46,744 bases of DNA. It comes from Candidatus Dojkabacteria bacterium (GTDB lineage: Bacteria; Patescibacteriota; Dojkabacteria; GCA-002793355). This document shows, in pieces, positions 1 through 8,332 of the stretch; positions within the stretch are counted from its first letter, which is position 1, and every line of letters starts with the position of its first letter. The position numbers and the translations under genes are program-made. The DNA lies in assembly GCA_015485585.1 (NCBI GenBank), contig WFTI01000032.1, forward strand, positions 1-46,744, read 5' to 3'. The notes beneath the pieces are model-generated. The model ran no database searches, was not told the origin of the DNA, and saw only the letters and a program-made list of their open reading frames with translations.

Positions 1-3000
1 GGCTGTTTCTACACTGTTCCCTGTGGGCCGACTCCACCTCCTGGTGGCGGTGGCGGCGGAGGTGGTGGCAACAATCCCCCCTCCTGTACCATCAACCTCC
101 AATCCCCCATTACTTACGATGGGATGGAGTATATTACTGAACAGAGTGCTGTAGCGCAACCTACTCCGACTCCTACCCCTACTCCGACGCCTACGCCGAC
201 AAGTCCTACATATACTTCAGGTAATGACTGTAGGTCTGGTTGTTTAGGTTTCTTGAACTGGCAGGCGTGTAATATTACGGTTTCAAACATCACCGCCACT
301 ACGGCAAGAATTACGTGGAGGCCGGCATCCCCCCCTCCGCCTGCAACTGAGACTTTCTTGAAGGTCTGTAGAGGAGCAGGGGTTCGTTATGCGGGTCCTT
401 CTGCCTGTGAAGTCTATAATGTAAACGTTTCACGAACCAATACCTACATCGCAAGAAACCTTTGGCCTAACACCCGTTATACCGCACTTCTTACCACATA
501 CCGTAATGCGGACGTTTGTCAGGGAGAACCTTTTTATTCAGGCGTTGTTTTCTATACCATGCCCCAATCGACTCCGACTCCAACCCCCACGCCTACACCA
601 ACCCCGACACCTGGTACGTCTACCCCTCTTGAACCCGGGAGCGGATGGGTAAGGGTAGTGATACCTCCGTCTACTATCCAAGGGCGAATTCAGACCAGTG
701 ACCCCGATGGTGACAGGGTGCGCATTACCAGACTCACCGTCTCTAAACCTGAGTGTCTTCAAGTTACCCGAAACGGTAAGACCCTCTACGCCACACCTCA
801 AGGGAAGATTACAGGCAAGACTCCAACACTTGATGGGGTAAGTTACTGTGATGTGCGCATAAGGGTGCAGGTTTCTGACGGCAGGGGCGGGACTAACAAC
901 TGTTCTAAAACCATTCGGGTAAATTATCCCAAACCAAGGATATGGTCCATCTGGCTTTATGACCACAATGATGCAAGTGTAGAGAGACAGCCTGCTAATC
1001 CTTTGCGCGATATTCAGTTCTACTACATCGGTTCTTCACGGTTTTACGAGCCTTTTACAACCACGGGGGCTTTGCTTGACAATCCTTCGTCTCCTACAAG
1101 AAAATTGAAGCCCCGAGACCAGCGTTTTGTAATAACAGGATACACCAAGAGCGACCACAACATGCTGGGGGTGCGGGTGGTGTTAAGAGACCCCAACGGT
1201 AACCTCAATTTCGACGAATCTACCTGGAAAATCTACCTTGATGGCCCGATGAACTCATATGACATCCTGCTTTTGCGCGATGGAGTCCATGTATATCAGC
1301 CTGGGTCAAACAAGTTTTTGCAGATTAATACCTATGGGATTGGGGCGGGGGGACAGGTGATTAGGTACAACACCTACGATATGTCTTCATGTATGGCAGA
1401 CTTTCGAAGTTCGGTTTGCGTAAGAGGTACAGGATACATTTATGATAACGAGCGTTTGGGAATTCATTATCAGATCTTCTTAAAAGATGTTGCCTTGATG
1501 GGTATAGGAGAATATCGCATGCGATTTGTTATAAAAGATGACGAAGGAGTACGAATATACAAACGTGTTGGGAACAACCTTGCTTATAATAAAAAGCTCA
1601 GCTTTAAAGACCAGAATCTTAGGGTATTAGATCGAAATGGCAGTACTTGGACAAGAGCTCGTGGTTTCTTTATTGATACCGAAAGCCCAAGTTTAAGTGT
1701 TAATGCTACCCGTCTTGATGCTGATCGGGTGCAGATTGAGTTAAGGGTTGATTACGGTAAAAGTGGTATTCCTTCTTCGAATCCACGTACAAAAACTGGG
1801 CTATTTAGAACCTATGTTTTTGCTGAGAACTCACGAAGTGGCGTGGAGCCAGGAGTTGAGAACCGTTTCTTAACTACTCCTTCAGGCGTTGTAATTGATG
1901 GTAAAGATAATCCTGACAACAATCTCTACGGTTGGCAGTATGTAGGTAGAGATGCAAGCGGAAGATACATCTTCCGTCTTATAGCCACAGGGGTAATCGG
2001 TGGTGATAGGGTTCTTTTTGGAGTATGTGCTTACAATAAAGCAGGAAACGTTAAGTGTCTTGATAAAGATGTTGTAGGAATTATTAGTGCAGGTGATGAT
2101 TGGTTAAAAACCTCACTTGGGTGGGTCTATAGCTTAGGAGGTTTTAGCGGTCTACCTGATTACAACAGTATTTTAAATGTAAGTGAAGATCCGTTTACTC
2201 CGTTTATCTCACCATATAACGCTACAAAAGGAATAATCAGCACCTTCGGTTTAACTACAGGGGTTGATGATATCTTAAATGTACGTTGGGGGTATGAGGG
2301 TAATTATAATCGTTCCCAAAGATACCTTGTTGGTTATAACCTTGGAGTAGCATCAGGTTGGTATGAGCTTATTAAGAATAGAGTAGAAGAAAGATGTAAG
2401 ACAAAGCAAGAGTGTTCGATCCAGATTATACGAGGAACAGCACAATTAGAATCAGCTTTGCGTGCTCCTTCGGCCCAAGTATATGATAGGTCGATACAAA
2501 AGAGATATATACGGATACTTAATCTTCAGCCAGGGGTTTACAATCTTAGTGAAAATATTCAGTACTGTGGTATGAATCTGATTTTTGTGCCAGCAGGTGC
2601 CACTGTAAATGTAAGAAATCTCCTTAAAAGAGATAACCAAACATGTATCGCATATAGCGGTGGTAGTCCAATAGGGGTTAGACCTACAGGAGTAGATGTA
2701 AAGCAACTCCCACAAGGTACTCTCTTTATAGCTCAAGAAGGAGCAAAAATAGTCATAAAAGACACGAACAATGTTGATAGTGGTACCCCTGATATGGATC
2801 TTGTTGAAGCAGGCTTTATAGTGCTTGGAGGAGATGGTAGTTTTGCTGTTGAGGCTGGTACAAAAGATGCTAATGGTAAGTATGATCGTTTGGTGATAAA
2901 CGGCTTTGTATATAGCAAAGGAGTACCACTATTTGACCGAGACCTTGTTTTTGAAGATAACGATACGTACCCGAGTGAGTGGATAATCTTTGACGGAAGC

Positions 3001-3093
3001 ATTGTACGCTGGGTTATGGAATATGTAGGAATGTATAAGGTGCAAACATACCGTTGTGGGTATCTATCACGTCCGCACCCTTATTGTAGATGA
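1..3093 (+). CDS. Large secreted/surface repeat protein, 5'-partial (frame is open from nt 1, so the ATG at 124 is probably internal)
   Basis: Frame 1 has no stop from nt 1 to the TGA at 3091-3093. It contains a Gly run, two (Pro-Thr)7 linkers, an FN3-like segment (ITATTARITWRP...YTALLTTY) and a cadherin/Big-like segment (DPDGDRVRI...VQVSDGRGG). No catalytic motif was recognised. Confidence 0.7.
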   Translation, partial: GCFYTVPCGPTPPPGGGGGGGGGNNPPSCTINLQSPITYDGMEYITEQSAVAQPTPTPTPTPTPTPTSPTYTSGNDCRSGCLGFLNWQACNITVSNITATTARITWRPASPPPPATETFLKVCRGAGVRYAGPSACEVYNVNVSRTNTYIARNLWPNTRYTALLTTYRNADVCQGEPFYSGVVFYTMPQSTPTPTPTPTPTPTPGTSTPLEPGSGWVRVVIPPSTIQGRIQTSDPDGDRVRITRLTVSKPECLQVTRNGKTLYATPQGKITGKTPTLDGVSYCDVRIRVQVSDGRGGTNNCSKTIRVNYPKPRIWSIWLYDHNDASVERQPANPLRDIQFYYIGSSRFYEPFTTTGALLDNPSSPTRKLKPRDQRFVITGYTKSDHNMLGVRVVLRDPNGNLNFDESTWKIYLDGPMNSYDILLLRDGVHVYQPGSNKFLQINTYGIGAGGQVIRYNTYDMSSCMADFRSSVCVRGTGYIYDNERLGIHYQIFLKDVALMGIGEYRMRFVIKDDEGVRIYKRVGNNLAYNKKLSFKDQNLRVLDRNGSTWTRARGFFIDTESPSLSVNATRLDADRVQIELRVDYGKSGIPSSNPRTKTGLFRTYVFAENSRSGVEPGVENRFLTTPSGVVIDGKDNPDNNLYGWQYVGRDASGRYIFRLIATGVIGGDRVLFGVCAYNKAGNVKCLDKDVVGIISAGDDWLKTSLGWVYSLGGFSGLPDYNSILNVSEDPFTPFISPYNATKGIISTFGLTTGVDDILNVRWGYEGNYNRSQRYLVGYNLGVASGWYELIKNRVEERCKTKQECSIQIIRGTAQLESALRAPSAQVYDRSIQKRYIRILNLQPGVYNLSENIQYCGMNLIFVPAGATVNVRNLLKRDNQTCIAYSGGSPIGVRPTGVDVKQLPQGTLFIAQEGAKIVIKDTNNVDSGTPDMDLVEAGFIVLGGDGSFAVEAGTKDANGKYDRLVINGFVYSKGVPLFDRDLVFEDNDTYPSEWIIFDGSIVRWVMEYVGMYKVQTYRCGYLSRPHPYCR
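160..201 (+). repeat. In-frame (CCN-ACN)7 tandem repeat encoding a (Pro-Thr)7 linker
   Basis: Read directly: cct act ccg act cct acc cct act ccg acg cct acg ccg aca. Confidence 0.9.
571..612 (+). repeat. Second in-frame (ACN-CCN)7 tandem repeat encoding a (Thr-Pro)7 linker
   Basis: Read directly: act ccg act cca acc ccc acg cct aca cca acc ccg aca cct. Confidence 0.9.
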
Positions 3094-3121
3094 TTATAGA
3101 TAGCAGTAGAGTTATCAGATC

Positions 3122-4204
3122 TTAACGTAAGTATCTACGTATATTCTCAACATGTTCTTGGTAGGTTTCGGCATAGCGAATCTTTCCATCTTTTCCGTGA
3201 AGATAGTACCAGTACTTGTTAGGTATTGGGTTTAGTACAGCATATACTGAATCTTTGCCGGGATTTGATATAGGAGTAGGGGGAAGACCTAGATATTTAT
3301 ACGTATTGTACGGATTATCATCTTCTTTTACCTGTTTAGTAATAGGGGCTCTCCAATCTTTTAGGGGATAAAGCAAAGTTGCGTCAGTTTGCAAAAGCAT
3401 ACGGTTTTCTAGTCGCCTCAAAAGGATATCTGCTACCATCTGTTTTTCTGTTAGATCTTGTGTTGTTTCACGCTCAATAATTGATGCAAGTATTAGAATC
3501 TCATACTCTGAGTATTTTTGCGCAATCGGGTTGTTCTCTTTTTTAGCTTTCTCAACCATCTGATGGATATAACTGTTGTATGCCCTAAGCTGCTTTGCAA
3601 GTATCTCTTCTGCAGTTTCATTAAACTGTATCTTATATGTTGCAGGATACAGAAATCCTTCAAGGTTTTTAAGGGTAGGAGTTATAAATTCGTATTCTTT
3701 AAAGATCTTGCTAACGTAAGAAGGATCTTCTATTAGCTTTAAATATTCACTTTTGTTAAAACGTGCAAATTCAAAACTGAGCTTCTTAGCAAAAATATCG
3801 GCGATCTCATCATACCGTAAACCTTCAGGAATCGTTACAGTTAAAACCGGTGGGTTAGGGTTCTTTAATCTCTCTATAATATCGTAGAGGGTATATGTTT
3901 GAGGTTCAAAATAGAAGTACCCTGCTTTGAAGTCTTTGAGATCGTTATTTTTACGTATCAAACAGACTAGGTCTTTTTGATCCCTTTCAGAAAGTGGTAG
4001 GTTCTTTGAAAGAGTATCAATGATTCCTTTTAGAGATTCTCCTTGGTCTATCTTAAAAAGAACAGCTTTTTCAAGGGTAAACTTTTGGGTTGGCTTCTTA
4101 ATGTAACATAGATAATATGAAAGTTTATAGTCTCGTGATGATAGTACCAGAAACGAGGCTACACTTAAAAGTAGTAAGAAAATGATCACTGTACGAAGCT
4201 TCAT
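3122..4204 (-). CDS. mltG: Endolytic murein transglycosylase MltG (YceG family)
   Basis: N-terminal TM helix, the catalytic-Glu motif LASIIERET, and the family signature NPYNTYKYLGLPPTPISNPG. Confidence 0.85.
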   Translation of the reverse strand: MKLRTVIIFLLLLSVASFLVLSSRDYKLSYYLCYIKKPTQKFTLEKAVLFKIDQGESLKGIIDTLSKNLPLSERDQKDLVCLIRKNNDLKDFKAGYFYFEPQTYTLYDIIERLKNPNPPVLTVTIPEGLRYDEIADIFAKKLSFEFARFNKSEYLKLIEDPSYVSKIFKEYEFITPTLKNLEGFLYPATYKIQFNETAEEILAKQLRAYNSYIHQMVEKAKKENNPIAQKYSEYEILILASIIERETTQDLTEKQMVADILLRRLENRMLLQTDATLLYPLKDWRAPITKQVKEDDNPYNTYKYLGLPPTPISNPGKDSVYAVLNPIPNKYWYYLHGKDGKIRYAETYQEHVENIRRYLR

Positions 4205-4209
4205 CGGTT

Positions 4210-4215
4210 ATTATA
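4210..4215 (-). promoter_or_regulatory. -10 box (TATAAT on the minus strand) 6 nt before the mltG ATG; leaderless candidate
   Basis: The minus strand reads cattaTATAATaaccgATG. It overlaps the divergent plus-strand -10 box. Confidence 0.45.
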
Positions 4216-4219
4216 TAAT
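4214..4219 (+). promoter_or_regulatory. -10 box TATAAT 7 nt before the ATG at 4226; leaderless candidate
   Basis: tTATAATgaaactATG. The predicted +1 coincides with the A of the start codon. Confidence 0.5.
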
Positions 4220-4225
4220 GAAACT

Positions 4226-5362
4226 ATGGATCACCAAACCAAAGATCTGTTAGCTGAGTTTGGGGTAGATGCAAAGGATTTATTAAAGTATTACGATATT
4301 CGGGTACTGCTTAAGAAGCTACTTACTTCAAAGGTGCCTTCTGATCTTAAACGTTCTGCCCTTAAAATGATTATAAGACTTTATTACACTGCAAGACATG
4401 GTGCATATTCAACTGAGTACGAGATAGTACATAGATATATTGACTGGATCACTGCGATTCCTTGGAATACTTACACCCAAGATGAGGTAGACCTTGAAAA
4501 GATCCGTAATACCCTAGAAAGCAGTCATTATGGCCTTACCAAGGTAAAAGAGCGTATTTTAAGTTATATGGCAGCTGTCAAACTAAAGTATGAGAAAGAA
4601 AAGAAAGAGAAGGCTGATGCTTCGCTTGTTTTAAGAGATATTCCTGTTCTTTTATTCGTCGGATTACAAGGTGTAGGAAAAACCACTATTGCATACTCAA
4701 TCGCAAAAGCCTTAGGAAGGCGTTTTATTAAGGTCTCTTTAGCAGCATTCTCAGATGTGCTTTATCTTCGAGGAAAACCGAAAAATTACCCTGATGCTGA
4801 GCCGGGGCTTATAGTTAAAGCGCTCGTTCGAACTCAAAGCATGAATCCTGTTATTTTACTTGATGAGATAGAGAAGGTGAGCTCTGATCCTAAAGTGCGT
4901 AATGATGTACACTCTGCTTTACTTGAGATCTTTGACCCAACACAGAATAAAGATTTTGTCGATAAGTATATCGATTATCCGATAGACCTTTCAGCTGTAT
5001 TCTTTATTGCCACGGCTAATAGCTTAGGAAACCTTCCTGCGGCACTGCTTGATAGGGTTGAGATAATCCGTTTCACAAGCTATACAGACGAAGAGAAGAT
5101 CATAATCGGTAAGAAGTATCTTTTACCTAAGGTACTTGAAAAAAGCGGACTTGATAAAGATAAGCTAGAGATCCGTGATGATGCCTGGCCCCTTATAGTA
5201 AGACCTATGGGGGTTGACGCGGGGATAAGGCAACTTGAACGTACCCTGTTTAATATTGCCCGCAAGGTTGCTTATAAGATTCTTACTAAACAAGCTGATC
5301 GGGTTATAATAACCCCTGATAATGTGAAAGAGTACCTTCCTGACGTCGGATACCTAGGATAA
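4226..5362 (+). CDS. Lon-family AAA+ ATPase module without LON N-domain and without S16 protease domain
   Basis: Lon-like pre-AAA helix (YIDWITAIPWN...HYGLTKVKERILSYMAA), Walker A GLQGVGKTT, Walker B ILLDEIEK, LLDRVEIIRF, and GIRQLERTL. The ORF stops where the Lon protease domain would begin. Confidence 0.75.
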   Translation: MDHQTKDLLAEFGVDAKDLLKYYDIRVLLKKLLTSKVPSDLKRSALKMIIRLYYTARHGAYSTEYEIVHRYIDWITAIPWNTYTQDEVDLEKIRNTLESSHYGLTKVKERILSYMAAVKLKYEKEKKEKADASLVLRDIPVLLFVGLQGVGKTTIAYSIAKALGRRFIKVSLAAFSDVLYLRGKPKNYPDAEPGLIVKALVRTQSMNPVILLDEIEKVSSDPKVRNDVHSALLEIFDPTQNKDFVDKYIDYPIDLSAVFFIATANSLGNLPAALLDRVEIIRFTSYTDEEKIIIGKKYLLPKVLEKSGLDKDKLEIRDDAWPLIVRPMGVDAGIRQLERTLFNIARKVAYKILTKQADRVIITPDNVKEYLPDVGYLG

Positions 5363-5364
5363 CA

Positions 5365-5373
5365 TGCTAAAAT
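5365..5373 (+). promoter_or_regulatory. Extended -10 box TGcTAAAAT 5 nt before the rnj ATG
   Basis: aTGcTAAAATcagtATG. Confidence 0.4.
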
Positions 5374-5377
5374 CAGT

Positions 5378-7078
5378 ATGGCCAAAAAACACGAGATTGT
5401 ACGAAAAAAGGGTATTTATGTGGTAACCTACTCAGGGGTTTCAACCATTGGTCGAAACTGCTACCTCATAGTTAAAGACGGTAGAATCTTGGTGATTGAT
5501 TTTGGTATAGGATTTCCCGATATTAACACTTACAACATTCAGTATATGACTCCTGATATAAACTGGCTGGTTCGTCATAAATCACATATAGACGGAATCG
5601 TTATTACCCATGCGCATCTTGATCATATAGGTGGAGTTCCGTATCTGTTGCAGTTTTTGAATGGAAAGATTCCGATCTATGGAAGCCGTTTCACAATGGA
5701 GTTTCTAAAAGAAAAACTAAAAGAGAAGAAAAAACTTATAAAAGCCGAGCCTATACTAAATGTGGTTGATTCGGGCAGAAAATACAAGGTGGGTAATTTT
5801 CTCGTTGAATTTGCGCATGTAACCCATAGTATTCCCCAGAGCATGGCAGTGGCTGTAAATACAGCTTACGGTAAGATCGTATATACCGGTGATTATAAAC
5901 TTGATCCCACTCCTATAAATGAGTCACCAACTGATATAAAGACCTTAACTCGCTGGAGCAAAGAAGGCATTATACTTTCCTTACTTGATTCAACGAATGC
6001 TTTTGAAAAAGGACATTCTCGTTCAGAAACCACAATTATGCGGGTATTGGAAGAGATTATAGAAGAAGCCCCAGGACGCGTAATTATCGGTATGTTCTCA
6101 TCTCTTGTCTCACGTTTAATAGGTATCATTGAGATTGCGAAAAAATTAAATAAAAAAGTTGCGTTTACAGGAAGAAGTCTAGAAACCAACGTACGTATAG
6201 CTATGCGTATTGGGTATCTTTCTCCTGATCAAGAAACTATTATCCCGATTGAAGAGACACACCGTTACGATGATAAACAGCTTATTATTATTGCTACAGG
6301 AAGTCAAGGAGAATACGAAGCAGCTTTAACCCGTATGGCGCGCAGTAAGCACGCTTATATAAGGTTAAGAAGTAGTGATACGATCATATTATCTTCTTCT
6401 GTGATTCCTACAAACGTTGTGCATGTGCAAAGATTGATGGATCTTCTTTCATTTACAGGTGCTACATTCATAAATAGCAAGCTTATGGATGTACATGTAA
6501 GCGGACATGCCTACCAAGAAGATATGAAAGATATGGCTAAGCTCTTAAACTCTGAATTCTATGTTCCTGTGCATGGATACCCTTCATTTTTGTTTCAGCA
6601 CAAACGGGTGTTACAAGAGGCGGGGGTAAGCGGTAACCGCATCTTTATTCCTTCTGAAGGGTCAATCATAAAACTTGAACCTCACAGAATAGTTCCTATG
6701 AGAAAGATAAAACTTGCTCCTCAGTATGTAGTTGCAAGTGAGATATTAGATCATAAAGAACAGCTTGTTACAGATCGTATTAATCTGGCACTTCACGGTA
6801 TTCTTAGTGTATTAGTGCTTATTAAACGTCCTGTTTACGAGGTGTATGTATATCAAAAAGGCGTATTGTCTAATACAAAATGGAAAGAGTTAAAACCTGT
6901 ACTGCTAAAACATCTATCAAACTACCTGATGGGTATCAAAAAACAATATCAAAAAGATTCTAATGTACTAAAAAATAAAACAAAGGTTGCCCGTTTGATT
7001 ACAAGTTACACAGGAAAGATCTTAAAAAGAGAATACAATGTTTCTCCTACGATTCAGGTCATAATACGTAAAGCATAG
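5378..7078 (+). CDS. rnj: Ribonuclease J (metallo-beta-lactamase/beta-CASP RNase)
   Basis: HAHLDHIGG zinc motif, beta-CASP-type central region, a size of about 560 aa, and the motif VHVSGHAYQED. Confidence 0.85.
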   Translation: MAKKHEIVRKKGIYVVTYSGVSTIGRNCYLIVKDGRILVIDFGIGFPDINTYNIQYMTPDINWLVRHKSHIDGIVITHAHLDHIGGVPYLLQFLNGKIPIYGSRFTMEFLKEKLKEKKKLIKAEPILNVVDSGRKYKVGNFLVEFAHVTHSIPQSMAVAVNTAYGKIVYTGDYKLDPTPINESPTDIKTLTRWSKEGIILSLLDSTNAFEKGHSRSETTIMRVLEEIIEEAPGRVIIGMFSSLVSRLIGIIEIAKKLNKKVAFTGRSLETNVRIAMRIGYLSPDQETIIPIEETHRYDDKQLIIIATGSQGEYEAALTRMARSKHAYIRLRSSDTIILSSSVIPTNVVHVQRLMDLLSFTGATFINSKLMDVHVSGHAYQEDMKDMAKLLNSEFYVPVHGYPSFLFQHKRVLQEAGVSGNRIFIPSEGSIIKLEPHRIVPMRKIKLAPQYVVASEILDHKEQLVTDRINLALHGILSVLVLIKRPVYEVYVYQKGVLSNTKWKELKPVLLKHLSNYLMGIKKQYQKDSNVLKNKTKVARLITSYTGKILKREYNVSPTIQVIIRKA

Positions 7079-7079
7079 G

Positions 7080-7088
7080 TGTTATACT
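7080..7088 (+). promoter_or_regulatory. Extended -10 box TGtTATACT 6 nt before the ATG at 7094
   Basis: gTGtTATACTattttATG. This argues that ATG 7094, not GTG 7079, is the start. Confidence 0.45.
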
Positions 7089-7093
7089 ATTTT

Positions 7094-8332
7094 ATGGTGT
7101 TTAATCTCTTCCGTAAGAAAAAAGAGGTGACCCCTAATTATTTTGTGGCTTTAGATATAGGTACTGAACTTTTAAAAGGAATCCTTTTCTCAAAGAGCAA
7201 GGTGGGTATTACTGCATTAAGGCATTTTTATCTTCGTCAACCTAAAAAAGCTATGCAGAGCGGAAGAATAACCGACCAAGAGCTTGTTTTATACGGAGCC
7301 TCAGCTGTGCTTGAGAAACTTCTACAAGACACAGTTTTAAAGGGAACAGAGGTTATGTTAGGAATAGCCGGGGATCTTGTTAATGGGGTTTTAGTGGATG
7401 TTACATATACCCGAAGTAATCCTTCTAAAGCGATCGACAATAAAGAAGAGGCTGAGATTTTGGAGTATGTGTATAACAAGATAGTTACTGAAGCAAAAGA
7501 GAACCTTTCAGCGCGTTTAAAGATAGAGAAGGAGAACCTCTTGGTTCTTCATCTTGGAGTAGTAGGAATCTTGATTGACGGTAAACCTGTTTATGCTTTA
7601 GCAGATAATAAAGGAAGAGGTGTGAAACTATCAATCTATGCCTCGTTTGCTCCTTCTGATCAGGTTCAGATGATTGTTCAGATCATGAAAAGATTAGGCG
7701 TTGTTCCTGTCGGTATTGTGGTACAGCCGTATGCTGTAGCCCGTGCCTATAAAGGAAGCCGACAAGAAGAGTTTAGTGCGATCTTTGTTGACATAGGAGG
7801 AGGCACCACAGACATAGCATTAGTTCAAGGAGGGTTCTCTTTACAGACAAGAATGTACGCTTATGGAGGCAGAATCTTTACCGAGAGTATAGCTAAAACC
7901 CTACAAGTTTCATACGAGATCGCAGAAGATCTAAAACTGAAGTATTCCTCATCGATGTTACCTGTTGAGACCATGATAAAGGTACGCGAGGCTATCGCTG
8001 AGCCCGTAAGGATATGGATAGACAGTTTTAAGGTGGCACTCGAAGAGTTTAATGATGTAACCACATTCCCTGATATTATACTTCTTTGCGGAGGTGGAGC
8101 AATGTTGCCCGATCTTCAAGATACTTTACGCAACTATGCATGGACCACCGTAAGAGGTTTTATGAAGCATCCGAAGGTAATGGTTATTACTCCTCAACAG
8201 CTTGAGGGGGTTTTTCTGAAAGATTTTGAGCTCAACCGCCCTTATGATGTGACTCCTGTAGCGTTAGGGCGCGCATACTATGACATTATGAATAATCCAA
8301 AGTATAATTATGTCAATGTCCCAAAAGATTAA
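7094..8332 (+). CDS. FtsA-like actin-fold ATPase (second paralog in this window)
   Basis: Actin/Hsp70 phosphate motifs ALDIGTE, VDIGGGTTDIALV and LLCGGGAMLP, with FtsA-like architecture. The ORF track starts at GTG 7079. Confidence 0.65.
   Translation: MVFNLFRKKKEVTPNYFVALDIGTELLKGILFSKSKVGITALRHFYLRQPKKAMQSGRITDQELVLYGASAVLEKLLQDTVLKGTEVMLGIAGDLVNGVLVDVTYTRSNPSKAIDNKEEAEILEYVYNKIVTEAKENLSARLKIEKENLLVLHLGVVGILIDGKPVYALADNKGRGVKLSIYASFAPSDQVQMIVQIMKRLGVVPVGIVVQPYAVARAYKGSRQEEFSAIFVDIGGGTTDIALVQGGFSLQTRMYAYGGRIFTESIAKTLQVSYEIAEDLKLKYSSSMLPVETMIKVREAIAEPVRIWIDSFKVALEEFNDVTTFPDIILLCGGGAMLPDLQDTLRNYAWTTVRGFMKHPKVMVITPQQLEGVFLKDFELNRPYDVTPVALGRAYYDIMNNPKYNYVNVPKD

Noticed and set aside
160-612. 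Short tandem repeats as a CRISPR array or microsatellite locus
   Set aside because: The units are 6 nt, in frame and degenerate at third codon positions. They are coding Pro-Thr linkers and lack spacer-repeat architecture.
114-966. Antisense ORFs 114-299, which encodes (GV)n, and 538-966
   Set aside because: They are mirror images of the PT-linker coding repeats and of the GC-rich part of the large plus-strand ORF. They have low complexity and no independent signals.
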